Assembly: GCA_045105515.1 (NCBI GenBank)
Contig: JBGCDR010000325.1
Coordinates: 1 to 47,816 of the forward strand
Source of the DNA: Oligoflexales bacterium
GTDB taxonomy: Bacteria > Bdellovibrionota_B > Oligoflexia > Oligoflexales > Bog-1112
Direction: 5' to 3'
Length of the DNA: 47,816 bases
The stretch's first letter is position 1, and every line of letters begins with the position of its first letter. The notes under the pieces were generated by a model. That model searched no databases. It saw only the letters and a list, made by a program, of their open reading frames with translations, and had not been told where the DNA came from. Shown here in pieces: positions 27,661 to 37,206 of this stretch. The position numbers were made by a program, and so were the translations under genes.

Positions 27661-30420
27661 CTAACTAAGTTTCCGGCCCAATTGATCAACTAATTTTGCA
27701 GACAAAACTTCAAGCTGTTCGCCTCGAAAAGCTTTGTCAGACCAGCTCGCAATAGTCACCCCTGATGCATTCTGACCAAACTGTCCCCAATGAATCCGGA
27801 GCATATGACTACTATCCCCACATATTAACTCAAGCCCTTGCAAGGTCGTTTTATGATCCAGCCAAAGTTGCTCATGATCTGCCTTAGGAAGGTCTTCAAA
27901 GCTAATTTCGATCGCTTTTATTTCACTACCCAAGTTTCTTTCATCTTCATTCCAGTGAGTCAGGTAAGACAAATGATCATCTTCCAAGTTTAAGATCAAG
28001 CCTCGAGGAATCCCTGCCTTAATCAAGCTTGAACGAGCAGCTTCCTGCGCTTTGGCAGGTGTAAAAGCTAAGCTAGTTTTAGCGATTCCATGATTCAAAA
28101 AACCTATGGCCAAATCTTGTTGAGAGGCATAAAGCTTAACGGAATCAGACTCCTGAGCCTGCTTGTCTTCATCAAACAGATTTAACTCACTCTGACTACT
28201 TTTACCAAGGTCTACGTCATCTCCTTCAATGGAACTAAGCTCATCACTAAGCTCAGCTAAACCTTCTTCATTACCAGCAGTTTGGGTTTCCATACTTTGC
28301 AACTCATCAAAGTTCTCCAACCCCACTAATGCTTCAGACTCATCAGAAACATTTGTATTTGTTGACGTGTCGTATTCTGGCTGCGATTCAGCTTGACTTT
28401 GTACAATTGCATGTGTTTCTTCAACTACTCCCTGGCTATGTTCAGGAATTTCTTGCTTCCCCTCTTCAAATGCTAAGTCGGATAGCTCGTCTAAATGCTC
28501 TGCTTCTTCATCGCTTGTACTTGATGCTGTAAGTTCTTCAGAACTCCCCTCAAGCTCCTCAACTTCTCCTTCTTCAAACGCAGAGTCCGATAGCTCATCA
28601 CCAAAGTCTACTTCTCCTTCACTGGAACCTGATGCTGCAAGTTCTTCAGAACTCCCCTCAAGCTCCTCAACTTCCCCTTCTTCAAACGAAGGGTCCGATA
28701 GCTCATCACCAAAGTCTACTTCTCCTTCACTGGAACTTGTCTCCTCAAGCTCCTCAACTTCCCCTTCTTCAAACGCAGGGTCCGATAACTCATCACCAAA
28801 GTCCACTTCCCCTTCACTGGGACTTGATGCTGCAAGTTCTTCAGAGCTCTCCTCAAGCTCCTCTACTTCTCCTTCTTCAAATGCAGGGTCCGATAGCTCA
28901 TCACCAAAGTCTACTTCTCCTTCACTGGAACTTGATGCTGCAAGTTTTTCAGAACTCTCCTCAAGCTCCTCTACTTCTCCTTCAATTCCAGCTCCATCTT
29001 CGCCTAGGCTATCTAGGCTACCAGCAAAATCTTGAGAATTTTCACTTTCCAACCCTTGCTCAATTCCTAAGTCACTTCTCTCAACAGGTGATGTTTCTCC
29101 AATCTCATCATCATCAAAATTGAGCTCGTCACCTGAAAAAACATCTCCATCTAAGCTCTGCTCTTCACCTTGTGAAGTCATATCATCTTCAGAAATTTCC
29201 TGTTCTTCAAGCGCAGCATCTTGCTTGTCACTAGATCCTTCAGCCAAGACATCTGAAGCAATATCTTTAGACTCTTGGTCAGAAGAATTTGAGGATCCTT
29301 CCTCTAAAGCACTCCACAAATCTAAATCATCTTCTTCTTGATCCTTACTTTTTGAAGCCGGAGGAGGTGACTCTGCTGGAGCAGCTTGTGTCCCAGCAGC
29401 ATCGTCCCATAGCTGGCCAGTTCCCGGATCCAAGCTATCGCCTTTAGAAACTGAATCAGACGATTCAGTTGTTGCTACAGGATCATCATCATCCCACAGC
29501 TCAACCTGCCCTGCTGTTAATGATTCAGTTTGGCCTTCTCCCTTACTATCTTCATCACCACCTTCTACCTCGTCCCAAAAATCTACATCTTCACTCGGAT
29601 CTGCACCTGATACAGCCAAAGATTCATCTCCCGCTGATGGTTCGTCCCATGTCGCAGAACCTCCGTGAGCGCTCACCTCATCACTTTGTGGTAATTCTTC
29701 ACCGGCTGAATCTCCGCTAGAGCTAGGTGCATCATCTCCCACCCCTACGGAATCATGATCTAAATCAGAGTCAATATCATCGATACTGCCTGCCACCTCA
29801 GTAGCATCATCATTGAAATCATCATAGGAATCATAGTTCTCGTCATCCTCATCTTCTGAGCCCTTGTGTACCACTTGTGAGCTTGGATTTTTAAAACTTG
29901 CACCTTGCACAGGCCTCGCAGCTGCTGGAGGTGGCACCGCCAATTTATGATGGGATAAGAATTTTTCTAATGTAGTTTTCTGCGCTGAGAATCCTTGAAT
30001 AAGATTTTCTAGACTAAGATACAAACTACTAAAGGTAGCAATTGTGGGCTTGATCTTAAAAGAGGTAAAAAATTTAAGCTGTTGCAAGGTATTCTGATCG
30101 AGTGGGTCTGCCATTGCCACGGTCAGTGTATCGCCACTTAGCTGAAGCGGAATAACCTCCAAGGATTGTAATAGCGGTAAACTGATCAAGCCTTCGGCAT
30201 CTTGTTGGGTAGAGCAAACTTGTTTGTGCGGAATCATTGGGCACTTTGTCTTTTCCCGCAAGTATTGTGCCAACTTTTCTTCGCTGAGGATTCCCAAAGC
30301 AACAACAACTTTAGCAAACGCTGCTCCTGTGTTACTATGATCGCGAGCGATCAGTTGGCAATCACTATCTGAAAGAAATCCTTCTTTAACAAGATGACGC
30401 GCTAATCCTGATGTGCTCAT
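27661..30420 (-). CDS. GspE/PilB N-terminal (MshEN-like) domain protein with long acidic repeat region and no ATPase
   Basis: LARHLVKEGFL...VALGILSEEKL, VIPL..LTVAMADPLD; several hundred Asp/Glu/Ser-rich residues; no Walker motifs. Confidence 0.8.
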   Translation of the reverse strand: MSTSGLARHLVKEGFLSDSDCQLIARDHSNTGAAFAKVVVALGILSEEKLAQYLREKTKCPMIPHKQVCSTQQDAEGLISLPLLQSLEVIPLQLSGDTLTVAMADPLDQNTLQQLKFFTSFKIKPTIATFSSLYLSLENLIQGFSAQKTTLEKFLSHHKLAVPPPAAARPVQGASFKNPSSQVVHKGSEDEDDENYDSYDDFNDDATEVAGSIDDIDSDLDHDSVGVGDDAPSSSGDSAGEELPQSDEVSAHGGSATWDEPSAGDESLAVSGADPSEDVDFWDEVEGGDEDSKGEGQTESLTAGQVELWDDDDPVATTESSDSVSKGDSLDPGTGQLWDDAAGTQAAPAESPPPASKSKDQEEDDLDLWSALEEGSSNSSDQESKDIASDVLAEGSSDKQDAALEEQEISEDDMTSQGEEQSLDGDVFSGDELNFDDDEIGETSPVERSDLGIEQGLESENSQDFAGSLDSLGEDGAGIEGEVEELEESSEKLAASSSSEGEVDFGDELSDPAFEEGEVEELEESSEELAASSPSEGEVDFGDELSDPAFEEGEVEELEETSSSEGEVDFGDELSDPSFEEGEVEELEGSSEELAASGSSEGEVDFGDELSDSAFEEGEVEELEGSSEELTASSTSDEEAEHLDELSDLAFEEGKQEIPEHSQGVVEETHAIVQSQAESQPEYDTSTNTNVSDESEALVGLENFDELQSMETQTAGNEEGLAELSDELSSIEGDDVDLGKSSQSELNLFDEDKQAQESDSVKLYASQQDLAIGFLNHGIAKTSLAFTPAKAQEAARSSLIKAGIPRGLILNLEDDHLSYLTHWNEDERNLGSEIKAIEISFEDLPKADHEQLWLDHKTTLQGLELICGDSSHMLRIHWGQFGQNASGVTIASWSDKAFRGEQLEVLSAKLVDQLGRKLS
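28465..28985 (-). repeat. intragenic tandem repeat, 108-nt unit (36 aa), about 5 copies
   Basis: CCTCAAGCTC anchors at 28548, 28656, 28743, 28851 and 28959 (spacings 108, 87, 108, 108); unit EGEVEELEESSEELAASSxSEGEVDFGDELSDPAFE. Confidence 0.95.
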
Positions 30421-30588
30421 TGGCGGTCTCCAAAAAAAGCTTTGTTAAATGGCTTATTCGCTGAAATCAAGCTCAAATATGGTGTTTTTATTAAAATCAC
30501 TAGGCAAAAACATTAATTTGTTTATATTATCTCAGCTTGTCAGCTTCCAGCTCAAGTAGTTACTGTTAAGGAAAATTCGAGGTTATAA

Positions 30589-31416
30589 ATGGTATCTGAA
30601 AAAAAACGTAAACAGCAACTAAAAGCGCCCGATGAATTTCAAAAAAAGGCCTTTGTATTCGCCGACTGGTGTGCCGCGAATCAGGTCCAAATAGTAGTCG
30701 GCTTGGTCTCCGTCTTGCTCCTGGTAGCAGCCAATCTATCTTGGAAGTTTTATCAAGCTAAACAAGGGGAAGGCCGCCGGGAAGAGCTGGCGGTTATTGA
30801 TGAAGCGTTCAACAAAGAACTGGAAGAGGCTGGAAAAGAAAGCCAATCCCTGCAAACTGAATTGGCAGGCATTGATAGCAAGCTAAAAGAACTAGCCAAA
30901 TCAAATACGGATACTCCAGAGTCTAGCGAACTTGCTGAAAAAAAAGCAGAGCTGCAAAAACGCATTGAAGCTATTAAGCCTAAGCATGAGAAAACAGCCA
31001 AAGACTACCTTGGCTACTTTCAGAAGTACGCAAAAGCTCCGGAAGGTTTAAGGGCAGGTCTAGCAGCCTTAAACATAATGGTTGAAAAAGAAACATTCAA
31101 AGAAGCCACCGAACTTGCTAAAGATTTGCTAGCACAGGCAGACTCAGAGCTTGACTTCTACCAGTTCCAGGTTCGATTTTTGTACCTCTCCTTACTTGAG
31201 GAGCAAGGGCTATACATCGAAGCATTAGCGGAAACAGAAAAACTCATGACTCATGCAAACGACGATGAGATGCCTAAGGTTTTATTTGCCAAAGCAAGAT
31301 TAGAAATGCTTGCTGAAAAAAAATCTGCTGCAACCAGCACACTAGACAAGCTTATCAACGAACACAACTCTTCCCCCGAGGCTCAAAAAGCAAAGGCCAT
31401 GAAGTACATTTGGTGA
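30589..31416 (+). CDS. YfgM-like TPR membrane chaperone
   Basis: LKAPDEFQ N-terminus, single TM, TPR helices; directly upstream of a bamB-like gene. Confidence 0.75.
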   Translation: MVSEKKRKQQLKAPDEFQKKAFVFADWCAANQVQIVVGLVSVLLLVAANLSWKFYQAKQGEGRREELAVIDEAFNKELEEAGKESQSLQTELAGIDSKLKELAKSNTDTPESSELAEKKAELQKRIEAIKPKHEKTAKDYLGYFQKYAKAPEGLRAGLAALNIMVEKETFKEATELAKDLLAQADSELDFYQFQVRFLYLSLLEEQGLYIEALAETEKLMTHANDDEMPKVLFAKARLEMLAEKKSAATSTLDKLINEHNSSPEAQKAKAMKYIW

Positions 31417-31490
31417 TCTGTTTTTATTGAGGAGCATAAAATTGGGAATTTAATCCTCAGCTAAATGCTCATCCACCCAAGGAGGCCTCC

Positions 31491-32717
31491 GTGAGTTCTG
31501 ATATTCAATCTTTGACAGTGGAACACCATCCTGCTAAATCCCAAAAGCGGACGGCCCTAACTTATTTTTCACTTTTATTGTTAACAGGCCTATCCAGCTC
31601 CTGCAACGAAGCCAAAAGGCTCCCTTATCATGCTGGATATGAGTTAAAAAGATCCCAAAGTGAAATTGAGAGTGGGTATTTAAAGAATTACAAGCCTTTT
31701 AGAACTAGCTTTTTTAAACTAGCCCCTGATTTGGACAAGGAAAAGCCTCTAGCAGTTGCTGACTACGGTGGTTGGCTTGAGTCCAACGGAATTCTCTTAG
31801 GCAGCTTAGATGATGATTGGTTAACTGGTCTGACTCTTCCAGGTTTGGGTCCTAAATGGTGGCGCAAATCTCCTGGTGCTCAAACTTGCCCTCCGGTTAG
31901 TTTTGGCAGCTGGGCAGTTTTCGGCTTTAGGAATGGAAGTATTTGGAAAATTAATGCGTTAACTGGAGATAAAGTTTGGGAACGGAAGCTGGACTCCTTT
32001 CCAGCCAGACGTATTAAAAAAACAGAAAACCAGCTCCTAGTGGTTACTGCCAAACAAACCATTTACGCTATCGATAGTGAATCAGGCACAGTGAACTGGG
32101 TCCATGATAGCAATGCCAGTGAAGGCCTCAGCATCCGTAACCTTGCTGCTCCAACTGTTCATCAAGAGCAAGTTTACTATGGTCTGTCATCTGGTGAGGT
32201 TGTAGCACTCGATCTCAAGACTGGAGAGCGTAAGTGGACTCATAACCCTGGATTCAGCGAAGCTAGATTCCACGACATGATTGGCGAAATTTATATCATC
32301 GGTAACGGCAAAGGACTTCTGCTTACCCGCTATGATGGCATTATGACGGCAGTTAATCTAAACAACCCCAAACAAAATATGTGGGAACCGGTAAAACTTA
32401 ATTCGATAACCGATAGTAGTTTCCGACACAACAGGGTTTACGTCGGCACTCATAGTGGCTATGTATATGCCTACAACCCCGATAATGGAAAACAGCTTTG
32501 GCAAAGTCATATTGGCGCTAGTGTTGGTAGCATAACTGCTGGTGAAACAAAGTTATATGTGACTTCGACACAAGGCAGAATTGCAGCATTAGACGTAGAG
32601 GGTAAGATGCTTTGGCACGATCAACTAGAAGGTCTAGTAACTGGATCTCCTGTTTATATCGGTAACAATATTTTCTTCCAAACCGGCTTACGAAACTTCT
32701 ACGGATACTCCTTTTAA
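31491..32717 (+). CDS. bamB: BamB-like PQQ-repeat beta-propeller lipoprotein
   Basis: Lipobox-like LSSSC; repeated A(L/I)DxxTGxxxW blades; yfgM-bamB synteny. Confidence 0.7.
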   Translation: MSSDIQSLTVEHHPAKSQKRTALTYFSLLLLTGLSSSCNEAKRLPYHAGYELKRSQSEIESGYLKNYKPFRTSFFKLAPDLDKEKPLAVADYGGWLESNGILLGSLDDDWLTGLTLPGLGPKWWRKSPGAQTCPPVSFGSWAVFGFRNGSIWKINALTGDKVWERKLDSFPARRIKKTENQLLVVTAKQTIYAIDSESGTVNWVHDSNASEGLSIRNLAAPTVHQEQVYYGLSSGEVVALDLKTGERKWTHNPGFSEARFHDMIGEIYIIGNGKGLLLTRYDGIMTAVNLNNPKQNMWEPVKLNSITDSSFRHNRVYVGTHSGYVYAYNPDNGKQLWQSHIGASVGSITAGETKLYVTSTQGRIAALDVEGKMLWHDQLEGLVTGSPVYIGNNIFFQTGLRNFYGYSF

Positions 32718-32826
32718 ACCTATGCCGATTTTTGGTTCTTAAACATCCAGAAATGATTAGTTAATTAGAACTGCCCCTTGACGCTATAGATCTAAGCATG
32801 TAGTTACTGAACTCGCTTAGTTAAGG

Positions 32827-33177
32827 ATGATTTTTATGGATATAACAAAAACAAAAAATACCCCTAGTGATCACTGCCCAGAATGGGCAATAAAGCTAAT
32901 CGCCCAGCTACGTGAAGTTGAGGTTTACCTTGGAAATATTCCCAGAACTCTTGAGTGGAAATCTTCACATTTAAGCGATATTGCTAAACGCTCGCTTTCC
33001 AATGATTACTCGGCGATTAACGAGCAAACATCAGAGCTCGTATTTAATAAAATTGTCAAGAGCCTTTTTCAGGAAGGGTTTGACACTGCTGAAATAGAAC
33101 TATTTATTAATAACCGAATCTCATATGGGGGAGGACCTAGGTACTGTGATCGCTCAGAAATAGAGCTAGCTCTTTAG
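32827..33177 (+). CDS. hypothetical protein
   Basis: 116-aa ORF with TAAGG upstream; 3' end overlaps convergent gluQ by 4 nt. Confidence 0.65.
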   Translation: MIFMDITKTKNTPSDHCPEWAIKLIAQLREVEVYLGNIPRTLEWKSSHLSDIAKRSLSNDYSAINEQTSELVFNKIVKSLFQEGFDTAEIELFINNRISYGGGPRYCDRSEIELAL

Positions 33178-34100
33178 ACATCCCATAAATTTCCGAGTTC
33201 ACTAACCTTCAACTCTCTATTTCCATTAGCTAGACCAAGCTCATAAGCTACCTGACCAATAAGCTGGCTGGTAGTAAAACCCTGGTCTCTCAAACTCCCT
33301 ATACTTTCGTCCCAGTTTCGCTTACTAAGTTTGACCTTTGGATTTTGTTTGTGTAACAACAACGGATGGTGCGCAAAGATTGGCTGTCTTACTTCTGGCG
33401 CAAGTAGTTTCCGTAGATAAATTTGCGCTCCAGTGGATGCTAATAAATCGAGGCCACGGATGACAAAATTGATATCATGCCTCAAATCATCGACCACAAC
33501 ACTAAGGTGATAAGAGAAATTTTTCTTCTTATCAACAAGCAATAGATCCCCAAATTCGATTCCTGGCTCCTGGACAATGATTTTTAAGAAGCTATCCCAG
33601 AAAGACACCGGATTATTACCAACCTTAAGTCGAATGCAGGTATCTTCTTCTGCTTGAGGCGCATGGTAACGGCAGAGCCCATCATAGCCTCGAGTCGATG
33701 GATCAGTAGATAAACGCTCTTTAACTTGTTTTCGAGTGCATGAACAGAGATAGGTACAACCCATATCTGCTAATAACTTTAAGGCCTTGTAATATGGCTC
33801 TTGGAATGCGCTCTGTAGGTAAGGATTTTTTTTAACACCATCATCATAACCCTCGTCAGGCACAAACCCTAACCACTCTAGGTCCTTCATGATGCTTGCT
33901 ATGTATTCCGGCCTAGCCCTCTGACGATCATGGTCTTCCATCCGCAGCACAACCGTACCATTTAATGCCCTTGCAATACCCCAAACATAAATACAGTGGG
34001 CTACGTGACCTAGATGCAAGTAACCGTTAGGTGTAGGAGCAAATCGAGTTCTTAACTTTGAACCTTGAAGTCGGTTTTCTATTCCCCTTAAATTCATCAA
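33174..34100 (-). CDS. gluQ: glutamyl-Q tRNA(Asp) synthetase
   Basis: RFAPTPNGYLHLGH, LRMEDHD, CSCTR..YDGLCR zinc site, VIRGLDL, KLSKR; no anticodon-binding domain. Confidence 0.85.
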   Translation of the reverse strand: MMNLRGIENRLQGSKLRTRFAPTPNGYLHLGHVAHCIYVWGIARALNGTVVLRMEDHDRQRARPEYIASIMKDLEWLGFVPDEGYDDGVKKNPYLQSAFQEPYYKALKLLADMGCTYLCSCTRKQVKERLSTDPSTRGYDGLCRYHAPQAEEDTCIRLKVGNNPVSFWDSFLKIIVQEPGIEFGDLLLVDKKKNFSYHLSVVVDDLRHDINFVIRGLDLLASTGAQIYLRKLLAPEVRQPIFAHHPLLLHKQNPKVKLSKRNWDESIGSLRDQGFTTSQLIGQVAYELGLANGNRELKVSELGNLWDV

Positions 34101-34200
34101 GATCGCACCTGTGCAAACAGTTAATAGAGTAACCTTGTCAAGTTAAGTTTTTTTTTATAATAAAGCAAACTCTGTAGACAAATGACTAAGGAGGCTCTTT

Positions 34201-35007
34201 ATGAGCGGTCATATTGATATTCCTTGTTTTAATATCGGTTTTTTAGACTCAGGTATAGGCGGTCTAAGTATCTTAGCCGAGGTTGCTAACACCTACCCGG
34301 AGCAAAATTTAAAATATCTAGCAGATCAAAAATTTTTTCCTTACGGGAATAAACAGACCGACTTCTTGCTAAGTCGGCTAAAGGTTATAGCTCCTGAGTT
34401 TGTAAAGCAGCATGACTTGAATATCTTGATTATTGCATGTAACACTGCGAGTACCATCGCTCTTGCGATATTAAGAAGAATACTTAAAATTCCCGTCATT
34501 GGCGTTGTGCCTGCTATTAAACCAGCTGCAGAGCAAAGTATTGTCAAGAGAATTGGAATTCTAGCAACACCAGCAACTATTCAAAGCCATTACACCAAAA
34601 ATCTAATAAAAAAACATGCTACACACTGTAAAACTTATTTAATAGGAAACTCTCAATTAGTTGATTTTGCAGAACTCAAAGCATTAGGTCAGCCTATTGA
34701 TATAAGCCCTATCAATGAGATTCTCCAGCCTTTGCACAAACAGCAGGTAGATACGGTTGTTCTTGCGTGCACCCACTTTCCCTTTTTACGTACTGAGTTG
34801 GCAAACAATCTCCCAAGCCCGGTCAAGCTCATAGACTCTGCGAAGGGAGTGAGTAGACAGGTGGGACGTATTCTTAAATGCCTGCCAATCGAAAATCAAA
34901 AAAAATCTGTAAAAAGCCACCTCATTTCTACAGCTGACCATATCTCTTCATCAAAGCTCAGAAAAGCTTATAACAATTACATTTCTCTATTAGCTCCCAA
35001 TTACTAA
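34201..35007 (+). CDS. murI: glutamate racemase
   Basis: DSGIGGLS, PYGNK, IACNTAS, VLACTHFP. Confidence 0.96.
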   Translation: MSGHIDIPCFNIGFLDSGIGGLSILAEVANTYPEQNLKYLADQKFFPYGNKQTDFLLSRLKVIAPEFVKQHDLNILIIACNTASTIALAILRRILKIPVIGVVPAIKPAAEQSIVKRIGILATPATIQSHYTKNLIKKHATHCKTYLIGNSQLVDFAELKALGQPIDISPINEILQPLHKQQVDTVVLACTHFPFLRTELANNLPSPVKLIDSAKGVSRQVGRILKCLPIENQKKSVKSHLISTADHISSSKLRKAYNNYISLLAPNY

Positions 35008-35081
35008 GCAGAAGACCAGAGACTATTAATAAACTCCTAAGATTACTAAATTAAAGGTAAATTTTCTCTGATCAATAAATC

Positions 35082-35108
35082 TAAAGCTTTGAATATTTTT
35101 TCCGATCA
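35082..35108 (+). promoter_or_regulatory. putative sigma-28 (FliA) promoter
   Basis: TAAA-N15-TCCGATCA; implies the downstream ORF starts later than 35089. Confidence 0.55.
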
Positions 35109-36129
35109 GAGAGCCGGAACCGTAAAGACTTTATTATTTGCAGGACGAAGTAGTCCGGACCAAAGGAGTTCAGTTATTAACTTTTTGAAAAAAATCTTTG
35201 AAAGTTCTGAACATTACCTGGAAAGACGACGGCTTGTAGGTAGCTTGGGATCTTGCCTGCAATTGGGCATCATTTTTCTTTCCGCATGCAAACTGCAAAA
35301 ACGCGACGACTTCAAAAAAGAGATTATTGAACCAGTAGGCGAGCCAAACGGTCAGGGACCAAGCGATGAGAACCCTGATGATGAAAAGGGTTCATCTTTG
35401 GATGCGCCTTTAGGGACCCAAGATCCAGAATCAAACCAAAGCTGCAATGCTGATACAAATGTAATCGAATGGTCAAAACTAGAAAATGCATACGAAAATC
35501 TTGAACCAAGTTATAAGTTTTATGGTGATTCGTCCTCATCAATGTTGGTTCTTAGTCTTCCTAAATATCAACACGGAAACCTAATTGATGTTTACCTTGT
35601 CAGATATTCTGGAAAGCTCATAGCCCAAAAGGGAATCACAGAAATTGCAGACATTAATGAAAACACAACTTTAAAGCCTATAGTTTTTGACAATATCCAA
35701 ATGAAAGATGATAAACGCCTGGTGATCATCTATAAGGTTGCAGACAATCAGTTTGGTATTAAATTTACCAAACATGAAATGCGTTATGATGTGACTTTTT
35801 CTGACAATTTTCGGGGCAAACCTGCATACGGGATGACTCCAAGTTCAGTGCCAGGCTATTTTGCTGCCAACCAAGCTACTCCAAGTTTTGGGCCCGACCC
35901 TAATGTCGTACAGGGATTTTATGACCTGGGAAACTATACAGTGGGATCTGAAGATGCATTTTTCGCAGGATCACCTGCTCTTAAAGGCTATATCATAACC
36001 GATTTAATGGGAAACACACTTTCCGAAAATGGAGAAAAGTTTAATAATTTAATCCAATTTCCGGAGTTTATTTGCTACAAGCTTGTTGATAATAAGTTCT
36101 ATTTAAGAACCTTTATTCGCACTGCTTAA
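35089..36129 (+). CDS. putative (Tat) lipoprotein, hypothetical
   Basis: ERRRLV followed by a hydrophobic stretch and FLSA-C lipobox; true start probably near 35176-35185. Confidence 0.7.
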   Translation: MNIFSDQRAGTVKTLLFAGRSSPDQRSSVINFLKKIFESSEHYLERRRLVGSLGSCLQLGIIFLSACKLQKRDDFKKEIIEPVGEPNGQGPSDENPDDEKGSSLDAPLGTQDPESNQSCNADTNVIEWSKLENAYENLEPSYKFYGDSSSSMLVLSLPKYQHGNLIDVYLVRYSGKLIAQKGITEIADINENTTLKPIVFDNIQMKDDKRLVIIYKVADNQFGIKFTKHEMRYDVTFSDNFRGKPAYGMTPSSVPGYFAANQATPSFGPDPNVVQGFYDLGNYTVGSEDAFFAGSPALKGYIITDLMGNTLSENGEKFNNLIQFPEFICYKLVDNKFYLRTFIRTA

Positions 36130-36145
36130 AGCTCAAGAGTTACAT

Positions 36146-37093
36146 ATGAAAGTAAATCGCAGACAATTCAATAGATTTTTTGGGGCATTAGGCTTAGGCT
36201 CAATCGGCCTAAATTCTTCCCAGCAAACTATAGCAAACCCATTTGGAGACTCAGACCCATGTGAAGCAGCAAACCAGGACATTGTTGGTTCTGAAACTGC
36301 ACTTACCTGCCCTCCTGAAAAATGTATTTTTTGGGTCAATGGTTTGTTTTTTACGGAAGCTAACCTCAGTGCCAGGGCAAATCTTGCTTTTCTCCTGAAG
36401 TTTCCCCAACTGCCAGAAAGCTATATTGATAAAGTTGTATTTGCTGATGGCGATAAAAAAACCTTAGCAGTTCGTTACTTTGATCCCTCTGACAAAATTT
36501 CGAGTGGTTATCCTCCTTATATTATTATTAATAATATCAACCTTAATTCTCACCGCAGATTTTTCCTGGTTTTTCAACTTAGGCAAGGGGATAAAACCCT
36601 AATTTATAGAAAAACTCTAAGTGGTTTAGAGCTTCGACGAAGTCGACTCACTGGAACACAGTTACCAGCTAACCTACGTTATGAGTTGGAACTAGCTCAC
36701 AGTGGTTTCATCACTACACCTTTTAAATTCAAAACTAGTTTGCATCGAAGCTTGGTTGTACAGCACAATGTAAAAGCACAAATTCTAGAACTATCAAAAA
36801 ACAGCCGGTTTAAAATTCAAATTTCATTTCTTCATAGTGATGTAGATAGTGGCCATTACATGCGCTACTTTATCGTGACCGATCCAGTAGGAAGGATACT
36901 AGGTCTTTATAAACGTAGATTTAATGATGGCAAGTCAAAAAGCGTTGTGGTTGGTAGTCTAACTGAGACGGAACGCAACAATTGGAATTTAGTCAAGGAT
37001 AATGTAGCAAAGATCAATGATTGCCCATATATTATGGTATTTGTGGAAGATGTGAAAGAAGCAATCGCTCAGACAGTTATTTGGCTACGTTAA
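36146..37093 (+). CDS. Tat-exported hypothetical protein
   Basis: MKVNRRQFNRFFGALG signal; His-containing motif LHSDVDSGHYMRYF. Confidence 0.75.
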   Translation: MKVNRRQFNRFFGALGLGSIGLNSSQQTIANPFGDSDPCEAANQDIVGSETALTCPPEKCIFWVNGLFFTEANLSARANLAFLLKFPQLPESYIDKVVFADGDKKTLAVRYFDPSDKISSGYPPYIIINNINLNSHRRFFLVFQLRQGDKTLIYRKTLSGLELRRSRLTGTQLPANLRYELELAHSGFITTPFKFKTSLHRSLVVQHNVKAQILELSKNSRFKIQISFLHSDVDSGHYMRYFIVTDPVGRILGLYKRRFNDGKSKSVVVGSLTETERNNWNLVKDNVAKINDCPYIMVFVEDVKEAIAQTVIWLR

Positions 37094-37128
37094 ACCCTAA
37101 GTAGTTAACGTTATAAGCTAAATTAAAC

Positions 37129-37156
37129 TAAAGTCACGGGACCGTGACTCCGATAA
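37129..37156 (+). promoter_or_regulatory. putative sigma-28 promoter with a palindrome in the spacer
   Basis: TAAA-N16-TCCGATAA; AGTCACGG-ga-CCGTGACT at 37132-37149. Confidence 0.6.
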
Positions 37157-37206
37157 TACGCCCGAGTAACAAAACTCAATGAAATAGCCTTATTCGGGAG
37201 ATCATT

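Noticed and set aside
28465..28985. Regular repeats as a possible CRISPR array
   Set aside because: Units are in-frame coding tandem repeats with no unique spacers, and no cas genes are present. The plus-strand 28632..29123 ORF is their shadow.
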